A stretch of DNA of 63,767 nt, counting the filler. It is 6 parts of 6 records of this genome, joined end to end, with 100 filler letters (N's around TTAATTAATTAA, not from the genome) between each part and the next. Parts side by side here need not be neighbours in the genome. Positions count along the whole stretch, not along the records: positions 1 to 22,266 come from SRR31156797_14502; 5 more parts are not named here. The stretch is one strand, 5' to 3'. A program made the translations under genes and the position numbers. Each line of letters starts with the position of its first letter. The stretch's first letter is position 1. The notes below the pieces were generated by a model. The model had not been told where the DNA came from. It ran no database searches and worked only from the letters and a program-made list of their open reading frames with translations. Positions 1 to 8,930 of the stretch are shown here, piece by piece.

Positions 1-870
1 ATGAAACCTTCTGACTACAAATATGCTGTAGATGCTCATTTTTTTTCACCACTCAATATTTCTATTGAAAGTAATATTTATTGTGTTGAATATTCCATCA
101 TTGATAAAAACATTAATGATACAGTTCCTCTTAAACTTATTCAAATGTTTTTAGAAGGTTTTGATAAAAACAGTGAAGATATTAGTGATAATGAATATGA
201 TATGAGAAAGTTTAGTATCAATAGGAAGAAACAAAGTGGAATAGTTATATGCAGAAATAGGAAAAATGATAAAGTAATATTAAGAGCATATAGCTTTGAT
301 AAAGAAATGTTAGAAGTAGTAAACGCAATGATTCCACAATGTCAATCTGCTGGAAGTCCCAGGCCTCATATTGAAATAAAATCAGTTTATCCTGCCTATC
401 TTGTTAAACCGATAGATGAACAAGAAAATATTCAAAAGGAAAACATAAAAAGAATTGAATGCACAATAAAGTATTGCCTTGAGAGTTTAGATCCAGAAAA
501 TGTTAATTTGAATTATCAGTATGGTAATCAATGTTTATATAAAGATTGCATTATGATAATATCTGAAATGAATGAAAATTTTGTAAATCAAAGGAAAAGT
601 CAATATAAACTGGATAAACTTATTGATAAATCTTTTGGATCTACAATAAAAAAGTATTGTAAGTTCAAACTTTTCGATGAAAAAGGATTTCAGAAGATAT
701 ATAACAAAATGCATGTCAATGTCGACCCTAATGAATATAAGATATTGTTGGAAAACATTTACAAATTTATTCAAGAAAAGAAGGTAGAAAAAGCAGAAGA
801 ATTGTTATTGAAAAATGGTGTTGAAAAATCAATGTATACTCATAATTTTACCAAACAACTATTTGGATAG
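1..870 (+). CDS. Hypothetical protein, island cargo (may extend 5' of the window)
   Basis: 289-aa open frame in AT-rich DNA; no family motif recognised. Confidence 0.7.
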   Translation: MKPSDYKYAVDAHFFSPLNISIESNIYCVEYSIIDKNINDTVPLKLIQMFLEGFDKNSEDISDNEYDMRKFSINRKKQSGIVICRNRKNDKVILRAYSFDKEMLEVVNAMIPQCQSAGSPRPHIEIKSVYPAYLVKPIDEQENIQKENIKRIECTIKYCLESLDPENVNLNYQYGNQCLYKDCIMIISEMNENFVNQRKSQYKLDKLIDKSFGSTIKKYCKFKLFDEKGFQKIYNKMHVNVDPNEYKILLENIYKFIQEKKVEKAEELLLKNGVEKSMYTHNFTKQLFG

Positions 871-882
871 TGTTTTTCTGCT

Positions 883-1491
883 TTATGAGGAGAGGTTTCT
901 GGTTTTTATGAAGTGATTCAATGTGGGCCAACTCACATCCATTATTTTGGATATTGATGAACGGGAAACCCTCTTCTCCAGGAGTTTTTTGATTTCCCCT
1001 TCCTTACCATCCAATTTTGATTTTCCATTCCCCCTGGGCCGTCCTATGAGCTTTCCTTGTGCTTTTGCGCGGGCTAATCCACATTTTGTTCTTTCGGAAA
1101 TAAGATCCCTTTCAATTTCTGCAAATAGGGAAAACATGGTAATCATGGTTTTAGTTTGGATGTCATTCTTTCCATTGATTACCATACCCTGCTTGATGAT
1201 GATAACACGGATATGCTTTTTAATAAGTTCATCCATTATTGCGATGATTTGTCCTACAGACCTTCCTATTCTGCTAAGTTCTGCAACAATCAGTGTATCC
1301 CCTTCATTCAAAGTTTCAATAAGTTGATCAATCAGTCGTTCCTTCGTTGATTTCCTAGATGAAACCTTGATTTCAATCCATTTGTCGACACTCATACCAT
1401 TCTTACTAGCATACTCATGAATCTCAAGCTTCTGATTGTTTAAATCCTGATTATCCGTACTCACTCTGAGATATGCGATTGTTTTATGCAT
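883..1491 (-). CDS. Small serine recombinase (resolvase/invertase family)
   Basis: N-terminal AYLRVST..Q catalytic Ser motif, LIVAELSRIGRS, ERDLISERTKCGLARAKAQGKLIGRP, C-terminal HTH. Confidence 0.95.
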   Translation of the reverse strand: MHKTIAYLRVSTDNQDLNNQKLEIHEYASKNGMSVDKWIEIKVSSRKSTKERLIDQLIETLNEGDTLIVAELSRIGRSVGQIIAIMDELIKKHIRVIIIKQGMVINGKNDIQTKTMITMFSLFAEIERDLISERTKCGLARAKAQGKLIGRPRGNGKSKLDGKEGEIKKLLEKRVSRSSISKIMDVSWPTLNHFIKTRNLSS

Positions 1492-1598
1492 GATGTTCCT
1501 CCTTGATCAATATGAACAAAAAAACCCTTATTTGTTAAGTATTTTCATATATTTGAACAAGAAGGTCACGCGTTTTTTTCTCTAAATCTTAGAAAATT

Positions 1599-1628
1599 TT
1601 CCAGAAAAAACCGGTCGTTATTTTGATG
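1599..1628. promoter_or_regulatory. Possible recombinase crossover (res/hix-like) site
   Basis: TTCCAGAAAAAACCGGTCGTTATTTTGATG just upstream of the recombinase; imperfect dyad with a half-site resembling gix/hix. Confidence 0.3.
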
Positions 1629-1837
1629 ATAGATATGCAGGATTAGCTGAAAAAATAGAAAAAGTAGATGATAACTATAGTGAACACACGTGGAGAATAC
1701 GGATGTATACTATATATTGAAAAAATCATATAGATCTATATAAAACATAAAAGAAAAGCATAGATAAATGGCTGAGATTGAGAAATAAATTCATCGTCGT
1801 ATCACTATTATACAAGTTTTGATGATCAACTTTTTCC

Positions 1838-1864
1838 TCAAGAAATCCCTGAATCTACCGATAA
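1838..1864 (+). promoter_or_regulatory. Sigma28 (FliA) promoter of the flagellin gene
   Basis: TCAA-N15-ACCGATAA matches the TAAA-N15-GCCGATAA consensus with exact spacing, ~150 nt upstream of the ATG. Confidence 0.75.
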
Positions 1865-2011
1865 AAGAAATAGTGATCCATTTCGATTTAGATTTATTGT
1901 TTTTCCCTTGTTGATGATCTTGACGGATTGAAAGTTGCCAAGGAAGATTTCCTGAAAAATACTACTCCCTGTTGAATTTGAGATATTTGAGTAATGCACT
2001 AGAGAACTCCT

Positions 2012-3925
2012 ATGAATGCAGTTGCACTAACATCTGGAATACGGCAGAATCTATTTGCAATCCAACGGACATCAAAACAGTTATCCGCTAATGCAGTACG
2101 TCTCAGTACAGGAAAGAAGATCAATTCAGCCCTGGACAATCCCGTTAGTTTCTTCACTGCAATCGAACATACAAACCGCGCCAAAGATCTGATGATGAGA
2201 AAATCCGAAATGGGTGAAGGAATACAAACCATCAGGGCAGCATCAAATGGAATTGATTCCATGCTTAAGTTGATTGATTCAGCTGAAGCATTAGCACAGG
2301 CAGCCTTATCATCAGATTCTTTAGAAGAGATTGAAGCACTAGGAAATCAGTATAATGAAACTTTGGAGCAGATAACAGGGGTTGCATGTGATTCATCTTA
2401 TAAAGGTGTTGGATTGTTAAGGTGTCCCCCAGAATCAATGACCATCAATTTTGATCAAGGTGGAGATTCTAGTTTAACTGTTGAAGGAGAGTGTTCTAGT
2501 GCAACAGGGTTAGGGTTGAGTGAAGTTGCAGTTGCTGATGAAGGAGGAGAAGTTTCTACCGTAAATGCAATTTCTAATAATGATGTGAGTGGTTCTCAAC
2601 CAATTGCAACGAATTTAAATAGTGGAGAATATGTTGTTGTTTGGAGAGCACAAAATGATATTCAATCAGAATTTTATATAAGGGGTCAAAAATATGATAA
2701 ATATGGTAATACTATTGGAGAAGAACTCGATATAGTTACAAGCAATACAAGAATCGCTGTGGACATTGGAATTACAAGTCTTTCAAACGATGGTTTTGCT
2801 GTTACATGGACTGAACATAATGGATCTGATTGGGATATTAATGCTAAAATCTTTGATGATAATGGAAACGAAATAGGCAACAAATTTAAGGTTAATACAG
2901 CTTCATATGATCAAAGATCCTCTTCTCCGGTTGCTCTTTCTGATGGGAGTTTTATTGTAACCTATCTTTCTGGATCTGCCTATAATATCTTAGGACAAAG
3001 GTTTGATGAGAATGGAAACACAATTGGAAACGAATTTCAGATCAATACAAATGATGCAGATGGTCCACCAAGTACCGTTGAATCGTTTTCAACATCTGAT
3101 GGAGGATTTTTGGTATCTTGGACTTCTAAGGATGGAGAAAATTTGGTCGCCCAAAAGTATGATTCCAATGCAAACAAGATTGGAAATGAAATTGCAATCA
3201 ACACTAGTACGGATGGTGAACAAAGATATAAATCAATAACTGAATTGTCTAATGGTAATATCGTATTTGTTTGGGAGACTACAGAAGATGGTATCAGGGG
3301 TATATATGGACAAATTTGTGATCAAAGCTTAAATAAAATTGGTGATGAAATTGCTATTGTACAGAGTAATGAAGTAACATCACCTTCAGTTATTAGTTTA
3401 TCCAATGAAAAATTCTTGGTAGCTTGGGAGAATTGGGGAGCAAATACAATTTCAGCACAGAAATATGATGATGAAGGAAATCCTATTGAAAGCAAATTTG
3501 AAATAGCAAATTCTTATACCAGTAGTTACGCTTTACCAAGTTTGATTGAAACAAGCCTTGGTGGTTTTTCTGCATTTTGGAATAATGGAAATTCAGAGAT
3601 TTTACAAAGCTCATATTCTGGATATGCTTGGACCGAAAGTGATTCCTACATAAATACTTCCCTTGATGAACTTCAAGCAGCAAAAGAAAAATTAAGAACA
3701 CTTCAACAAAAATTTTCAAACAATCTGAGTATTATAACAACAAGATCATCCTTCACAGATTCAATGGTAAACATCTTAGAAACAGGTTCCGGAAACCTAG
3801 TAAATGCAGATATGAATGAAGAAGGTGCAAACTCATTAATGTTACAAACCCAACAATCACTTGGAATGTCATCTCTTTCTATGGCATCACAAGCAGCACA
3901 ATCAGTGTTAAGATTGTTCAGTTAA
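2012..3925 (+). CDS. Flagellin with an inserted repeat (probable beta-propeller) domain
   Basis: N-terminal LTSGIRQNL...RLSTGKKINSALDNP and C-terminal LVNADMNEEGANSLMLQTQQSLG...AQSVLRLF are flagellin D0/D1 signatures; central ~350 aa of repeats. Confidence 0.93.
   Translation: MNAVALTSGIRQNLFAIQRTSKQLSANAVRLSTGKKINSALDNPVSFFTAIEHTNRAKDLMMRKSEMGEGIQTIRAASNGIDSMLKLIDSAEALAQAALSSDSLEEIEALGNQYNETLEQITGVACDSSYKGVGLLRCPPESMTINFDQGGDSSLTVEGECSSATGLGLSEVAVADEGGEVSTVNAISNNDVSGSQPIATNLNSGEYVVVWRAQNDIQSEFYIRGQKYDKYGNTIGEELDIVTSNTRIAVDIGITSLSNDGFAVTWTEHNGSDWDINAKIFDDNGNEIGNKFKVNTASYDQRSSSPVALSDGSFIVTYLSGSAYNILGQRFDENGNTIGNEFQINTNDADGPPSTVESFSTSDGGFLVSWTSKDGENLVAQKYDSNANKIGNEIAINTSTDGEQRYKSITELSNGNIVFVWETTEDGIRGIYGQICDQSLNKIGDEIAIVQSNEVTSPSVISLSNEKFLVAWENWGANTISAQKYDDEGNPIESKFEIANSYTSSYALPSLIETSLGGFSAFWNNGNSEILQSSYSGYAWTESDSYINTSLDELQAAKEKLRTLQQKFSNNLSIITTRSSFTDSMVNILETGSGNLVNADMNEEGANSLMLQTQQSLGMSSLSMASQAAQSVLRLFS
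2561..3619 (+). repeat. About seven ~50-aa repeats inside the flagellin
   Basis: Recurring (L)S(N/D)GxFxVxW...(G/A)QKYDxxGNxIGxEFxVN pattern: six full copies plus one partial. Confidence 0.85.
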
Positions 3926-4347
3926 AAACCTCTAATAACGTATCGCTCTCTCTCTTCCACTGCCACGTCACCTCACGTGTCCTACACTCCTACCTTACAC
4001 CCAAGGTGTGTTTATTTACTTTTCTTGAAATTGATATAGATATGATACATTAATACAATTTGAGTATCATTCATGTCATAAATGTAACTTATTTATCATA
4101 ATAGGTTATGCAGTATTTTATAATGTAATATCTATATCATTTTTGAATAAATAACAATTTCAAGGAAAACTAATCTAAAAAAATAGTTTAAAAAGATATA
4201 TTCCAGATATAATATCAAAAAGCTATGGGAATAATGAAGTAGAAAAGGTTGGAAATCACAAAAAAAGACGTGCCATCTTCCAATTAATGGATGATATTTT
4301 AACATTAAATGATGTCAAAAATCAAACTAATTAAAAGGAGGCAACAA

Positions 4348-4509
4348 ATGGAAAAAAGTGATCAGAAGAAAACTGAAAAAGAACCTGTGAAACATATTAC
4401 CGTCAAGATTGCGGAAAGTGTTCACCGAAAGTTGAGAATTAAAGCTGCCACGGATGGTCTTCATATGAACAAGCTGTTGGAAAAGATGATTCTTGAATAT
4501 ACGAAGTAA
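4348..4509 (+). CDS. Small ribbon-helix-helix (ParG/CopG-like) DNA-binding protein
   Basis: AGGAGG RBS; KHITVKIAESVHRKLRIKAATDGLHMNKLLEKMILEY fits the beta-helix-helix pattern. Confidence 0.75.
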   Translation: MEKSDQKKTEKEPVKHITVKIAESVHRKLRIKAATDGLHMNKLLEKMILEYTK

Positions 4510-4917
4510 GATATGAATATAAAGTATTCTAAAATGTATTAGGATATGTAATACATTGCTTTGCAAGCTCTTAAACATTCCAGATTTAAAAAATTTGGTG
4601 TTTTTGAGCTTGACAAAGAGGAATTTATCCCTTATCTTGAAATTATCTAAAAAATTGTGAGGGCTGAATTCCAAACTCAGAATTGTAACGAATTTTCACC
4701 ACTGTAATTTATTTGTTTCCAAGCACTACTCCCTGATAGCCCTCAACTGATTCCATCCTGAACAAAATATAGGACATTCTATAGCTGGCGGATTTAGATG
4801 TTTCCAAGCATCTGGAATAGTATGCTTTGTTTCCGGTGGGGAAGGTTGAGGAAAAAACCCGTGGCAAAAAACATCCAAATAGGTGAAAATCCACCAAAAT
4901 ATGGAGGTGGTGGATTC

Positions 4918-6036
4918 ATGCAAGGATCGGTTCAAAAGGACATCAGGACAGGCAAACCATATATAAAACTCTATCTCGATGGTAAACAAGTTGCTATTAA
5001 CACTGATAAAAGAAACAATACATCAATAAACTCAGAAAAGCATGCAATAAAGGTTCTATCAATCATTCAATCTGAAATTGATGATGGTGTTTTTGATCGA
5101 GATGAATGGAAAAAGAAGAGAGGAGTAAAAGCGAAACGATTTGAAAAAAACCTAACTGTCAATAAGTATGCTAGCGATTGGTTAAAGAAGAGAAAAGAAT
5201 TATGTGAAAATGATCAGCTTGTTCCAAGAACTTTTAAAGATGATAAAACGTTTGTTAGGAAATACATTGTTCCCAGTGTTGGAAAAAAAACATTAAATGC
5301 AGTTTGTAAAAAAGATACCAATAAGCTGTATAATGATATCAATCTTTCAAAAGCATCAAAATACAATATAGTATCTACTTTTCGAAAAATGTTAAATGAT
5401 GCAAAAGAGGATGGTTTAATAACATCAGTTCCTGATTTTCCAAAGATTTCAAAAAAAGGAAACTCAACAAAAGATATTATGACACCTGAAGAACAGGATA
5501 GAGTAATCAAAGAGATATCACCGAAGGATCAGCCAATATTTCATATGTTAAGGCAATATGGACTTAGAATGGGAGAAGGGAGAGCAATAAAAAAATCTTC
5601 TATAAAAAATGGTAGGTTATACATTGAATGGTCATTTTCTGAAAACCTCTTGAGAAACACAACTAAAACTGGTGTGGAAAGATCATATCTTTTAACCCCT
5701 TTCATTAACCGTATTCTGGAAGATCTCCCTGAGAATGATTCCGAATTTCTTTTCGTTAGAGATGACGGTAAACCTTACTCGTCCAAGAATTTAAACAAAA
5801 TCTGGAGAACAGCTTGTAGGGAAGCGCGTGTACCACACATAAAACTTTACAATGCTGTTCGTCACAGTCTAGCTCGTAATCTCCTCGAAAACGGTTATGG
5901 GTTTGATATGGTTGCTGAAGTATTAGGTCATGCGAGTGTGGAAATGAGTAGGAATTTCTACTCAGACATGCCTATGAATAAAGTAAGAGATGCTTTGAGT
6001 GATCTCAGTGAATCTCAAAATTGGGCCGGTCGGTAG
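4918..6036 (+). CDS. Tyrosine recombinase / phage-type integrase
   Basis: GLRMGE (R), TKTG (K), LYNAVRHS, VLGH and FY catalytic motifs; GGAGG RBS before ATG 4918; adjacent to the att site. Confidence 0.93.
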   Translation: MQGSVQKDIRTGKPYIKLYLDGKQVAINTDKRNNTSINSEKHAIKVLSIIQSEIDDGVFDRDEWKKKRGVKAKRFEKNLTVNKYASDWLKKRKELCENDQLVPRTFKDDKTFVRKYIVPSVGKKTLNAVCKKDTNKLYNDINLSKASKYNIVSTFRKMLNDAKEDGLITSVPDFPKISKKGNSTKDIMTPEEQDRVIKEISPKDQPIFHMLRQYGLRMGEGRAIKKSSIKNGRLYIEWSFSENLLRNTTKTGVERSYLLTPFINRILEDLPENDSEFLFVRDDGKPYSSKNLNKIWRTACREARVPHIKLYNAVRHSLARNLLENGYGFDMVAEVLGHASVEMSRNFYSDMPMNKVRDALSDLSESQNWAGR

Positions 6037-6058
6037 GTCGGTAGGTAAGCTGTAGGTG
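6028..6058 (+). repeat. Short GTAGGT direct repeats, probable integrase arm-binding sites
   Basis: GGTCGGTAGGTCGGTAGGTAAGCTGTAGGTG between the integrase stop and the att core. Confidence 0.45.
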
Positions 6059-6115
6059 GGATCGGATCAATGAATATAACACCCCGAAATGAATCGTTTG
6101 TTTTTTATTCTCCTT

Positions 6116-6141
6116 GGGTTCGACTCCCGCCGCCTCCACCA
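6116..6141 (+). ncRNA. ssrA: tmRNA 3'-end fragment (attachment-site duplication, not a complete gene)
   Basis: GGGTTCGACTCCCGCCGCCTCCACCA is a T-arm plus alanyl-type acceptor end with CCA; no matching 5' part immediately upstream. tRNA-Ala origin is less likely but not excluded. Confidence 0.75.
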
Positions 6142-6304
6142 AAAAGCGTTCCAATAAAGTCCAATGCAGTCCATAAACCCTGATTCTCACTGTAGATTCG
6201 GGGTTTTTCTTTCCAATACGTTCCAATAAAAGCTATTGACATCCGACGGTACGTGACGGTATTATTAACGGTATCTTCAAGCAACGCCACAGGGAGATAC
6301 CGTC

Positions 6305-6465
6305 ATGCCTCTGACAAACACCGCCATCCGCAACGCAAAACCCACTCCCTTTCTCCATCCGATGGCCTGGGGCTCTGGGCCGCCATGGGGCTCCCCGTCA
6401 GCCTGTTCTGTTTCAAATACGCCCTGAACCGGGCCAAGATGCTGGGGACCCTGGGACATTATTAA
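6305..6465 (+). pseudogene. Frameshifted, truncated P4-family integrase (arm-binding domain only)
   Basis: MPLTNTAIRNAKP in one frame, then SDGLGLW...FCFKYALNRAKMLGTLGHY* in another; resembles P4 Int N-terminus (MPLTDTAIRNAKP..SDGGGLYL..WRFKY..LGxY). ACGGTA repeats at 6246-6273. Confidence 0.8.
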
Positions 6466-6937
6466 AAAGAAAAGGAGTTCCCGAACATTCCTTTGCACTT
6501 AGGTCTGCAGATGGTTATCCATCCAGAGGTCAAAAATGAGTGTCCCCCAGTTCTATCAGCCCCACCCGACCGGCCAGGCTTTCGGATACCCCTCCCCAAA
6601 CGGGGAAGAAACCGAGTAATTCATCCGCCCTTTTTTCGATATCGCGATCCTGGAAAGTCAAATTCGTTGTCTACCAACGAATATTACTGGCGATAACCTG
6701 CAACTCACACGCTGAGAAATTTTTCAATTCATCTTGCGGAAGCGTTACGGCCATGTAAGGGATCTACCGGAACAAGGTGACCATTAACAATGTTGATCCC
6801 AGGTACGGCGACGGCCAGCTCAAAAGGGAAGTGCATTTGGCCAGTCGGAATTAGACATCCGGATTCGTCACCATGGAGGGCTATCAGGTCCCCTTCAAGC
6901 ACGCCGCACCGCATCCATTCCAAATTCAAAACATGAA

Positions 6938-8791
6938 TCATGTCAACCACTGAAGATTGAGCTCCTTCAGTTTTTCAGGCGTGGGCAGGCCTGTGGCCAC
7001 ATCCCAGCCCATGGCCTCATAATAGCTGTTCAGAGCCTCCTCCAGATTCACCACCTGACCCTCACCGACACCGTCTGTGGCCGGCTCCTTCAAAAGTCGA
7101 CCGGGCAGCTTGTCTGCCTTGCGATCGAAACCGTACCTGGAGTTGACCACACGTTCCAGATTGATCACCCGTTCCGCGGCTTTCAGCAGATCCTGCAGGG
7201 AGAGCTCCCGGCCGGTCACCGCCGAATAGAGGGAAGCCCATGTGTTCCCCTTTATGGCCAGGCAGATGGAACCGAACAGACAGGCCCCCAGCAGATTGGT
7301 GGCCATGGAGAGTTCCTGTAGGGGCTTAATCCATGCCTTGTTTCCATCATCCAGAGGATTTTGTTTCTCCGTAATCTGCAATTCTTCATCCAGGTAGCCA
7401 AAGGCGTCGATGACCGAGGCGTACGGCCGTAAATGGTCGGCGCCACGCGGCGAGACGGCATGAACCACGGCCTCGCCCTTGCTGGCACGAACGCCGCAGG
7501 AGGCCATCTCAAGGCCTTTCACCTGAAAAGCGTAATCACCGGCGTCACCCCCCAGTTTTTCAGCCGCCCTCTTGGAGCCTTCCGCCAGCAGATCCCCGAT
7601 CCCCTCTCGATAGGCCATTTTCTTTAAAATTTCCAAAGCCACCGGCACATTTCCCCAGGTCAGTTCAAGACCGTCGGCTTTTTCTTGGGTCAGAATCCCC
7701 CTTTCATACCACTCCATGGCCGTGGCCAGAATCTGGCCCGCGCTGATGGTGTCCAGACCCAGTTCATTGCATTCATAACCCAGCTTTGCCACAGCGCCCA
7801 CATCATTGATCAAGCATTTACTGCCGAAAGCTCCCAGGGTTTCGTATTCGGGTCCGCCGCCGCTTTCGCCGGCATAGGGACCTTCCTTGATGGTGGTCCT
7901 GCGGCCGCAAGCGATACTGCACTGGGCGCAGGCATAGGGTTTCACCTCCAGGGTCTTATGGTAAGCCTCATGGCCCAACACGTCATGGGACTCGGGATAG
8001 GTGGTCCGCTGCCAGTTTTTGGTGGGAAGGGTTCCGGTGGCACTGATTGAGTTGTAGAAACCGGGGGTTCCGAAAGGTTTCAAAAGGCCCGCCGTAAAGG
8101 CTTCGGCCTGGATTTCCTCCTTGGCCTTTTCAGCAGCCGATGTAAGTGCCTGCGGATCAGATACGGAGACTTCCCTGGTTCCAACCACCCCAATAGCTTT
8201 CAGGTTCTTGGAACCGAACACTGCCCCGCCGCCGCCGCGCCCGGCGGCGCGGTGCTTGTGGGTCATCAGGGAGGCGAATCGTATCCCGTTCTCCCCTGCC
8301 GGTCCGATGGAAATGACCTGGGCCGACTTGCCCAGTTTTGCTTTGATATATTCTTCCGTCGGCGAAACCGGTTTCCCCCAAATCCCGGAAGCATCCTCCA
8401 GATCAACACGATCGTCTTCTATGCGAAGCCAGACCGGATGCTGAGCCTTTCCTTTGACCAGCAGCAGATCGTATCCTGCCTTTTTCAATGCCGGGGCAAA
8501 ATGGCCTCCCACATTGCTGATGCCCATGGTATTTGACGCCGGCGAACGAAACACCACCACCAACCGGCCACCCTCCGGGGCGGCGGTCCCGTTCAAGGGA
8601 CCGGTGGCGAAAATGACCGGATTCCGAGGATCGGTCGGGTCCAACTCAGGGTCCAGGTGGTCATAATAGAATCTGGCGGCCAGGCCCTCTCCGCCCAGGA
8701 ATTCCTCGTACCAGGTTTGGGGTATTTCTTCGGTTTCAATAACCTTTGTTGAAAGGTCAACCACTAATGCTTTTTCCATGTATCCGTTCAT
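6938..8791 (-). CDS. aor: Aldehyde:ferredoxin oxidoreductase (W/Mo-pterin AOR family)
   Basis: SNVGGHFAPALKKAGYD, IGPAGEN, RAAGRGGGGAVFGSKNLKAI, CAQCSIAC, GPEYET, GLDTIS motifs; start set at MNGYMEK by RBS. Confidence 0.95.
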   Translation of the reverse strand: MNGYMEKALVVDLSTKVIETEEIPQTWYEEFLGGEGLAARFYYDHLDPELDPTDPRNPVIFATGPLNGTAAPEGGRLVVVFRSPASNTMGISNVGGHFAPALKKAGYDLLLVKGKAQHPVWLRIEDDRVDLEDASGIWGKPVSPTEEYIKAKLGKSAQVISIGPAGENGIRFASLMTHKHRAAGRGGGGAVFGSKNLKAIGVVGTREVSVSDPQALTSAAEKAKEEIQAEAFTAGLLKPFGTPGFYNSISATGTLPTKNWQRTTYPESHDVLGHEAYHKTLEVKPYACAQCSIACGRRTTIKEGPYAGESGGGPEYETLGAFGSKCLINDVGAVAKLGYECNELGLDTISAGQILATAMEWYERGILTQEKADGLELTWGNVPVALEILKKMAYREGIGDLLAEGSKRAAEKLGGDAGDYAFQVKGLEMASCGVRASKGEAVVHAVSPRGADHLRPYASVIDAFGYLDEELQITEKQNPLDDGNKAWIKPLQELSMATNLLGACLFGSICLAIKGNTWASLYSAVTGRELSLQDLLKAAERVINLERVVNSRYGFDRKADKLPGRLLKEPATDGVGEGQVVNLEEALNSYYEAMGWDVATGLPTPEKLKELNLQWLT

Positions 8792-8901
8792 GTTCCCCTC
8801 CTTTCGATCGAAAGTTTTTAAAAGATAAAAGCGATCAGCCACGGCCGGAACAGAAAAATCCGCTCCGCATTTGTCATCCAATGTACCGTTTCGATCTTTA
8901 A

Positions 8902-8930
8902 TTTTTATGGAGGAAGAAGGGGTTTGTCAA
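8902..8930 (-). promoter_or_regulatory. Sigma70-type promoter for aor with an adjacent palindrome (8936-8956)
   Basis: Minus strand TTGACA-N17-TAAAAA; ATCAATT-N7-AATTGAT directly upstream. Confidence 0.55.

Larger units (their letters stand above)
1..6141. mobile_element. Right part of an AT-rich integrative genomic island inserted at the tmRNA (ssrA) 3' end; left end lies outside the window
   Basis: Visibly much lower GC than the DNA after ~6200; tyrosine integrase immediately before a tmRNA 3'-end fragment; carries a serine recombinase and accessory cargo. Confidence 0.85.

Noticed and set aside
4510-4917. Short ORFs upstream of the integrase, and the 4798 start given in the ORF track
   Set aside because: No RBS or convincing motif; ATG 4918 has a clear GGAGG
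6116-6141. Complete tRNA gene
   Set aside because: Only the T-arm and acceptor 3' strand are present; the upstream sequence cannot form the 5' half
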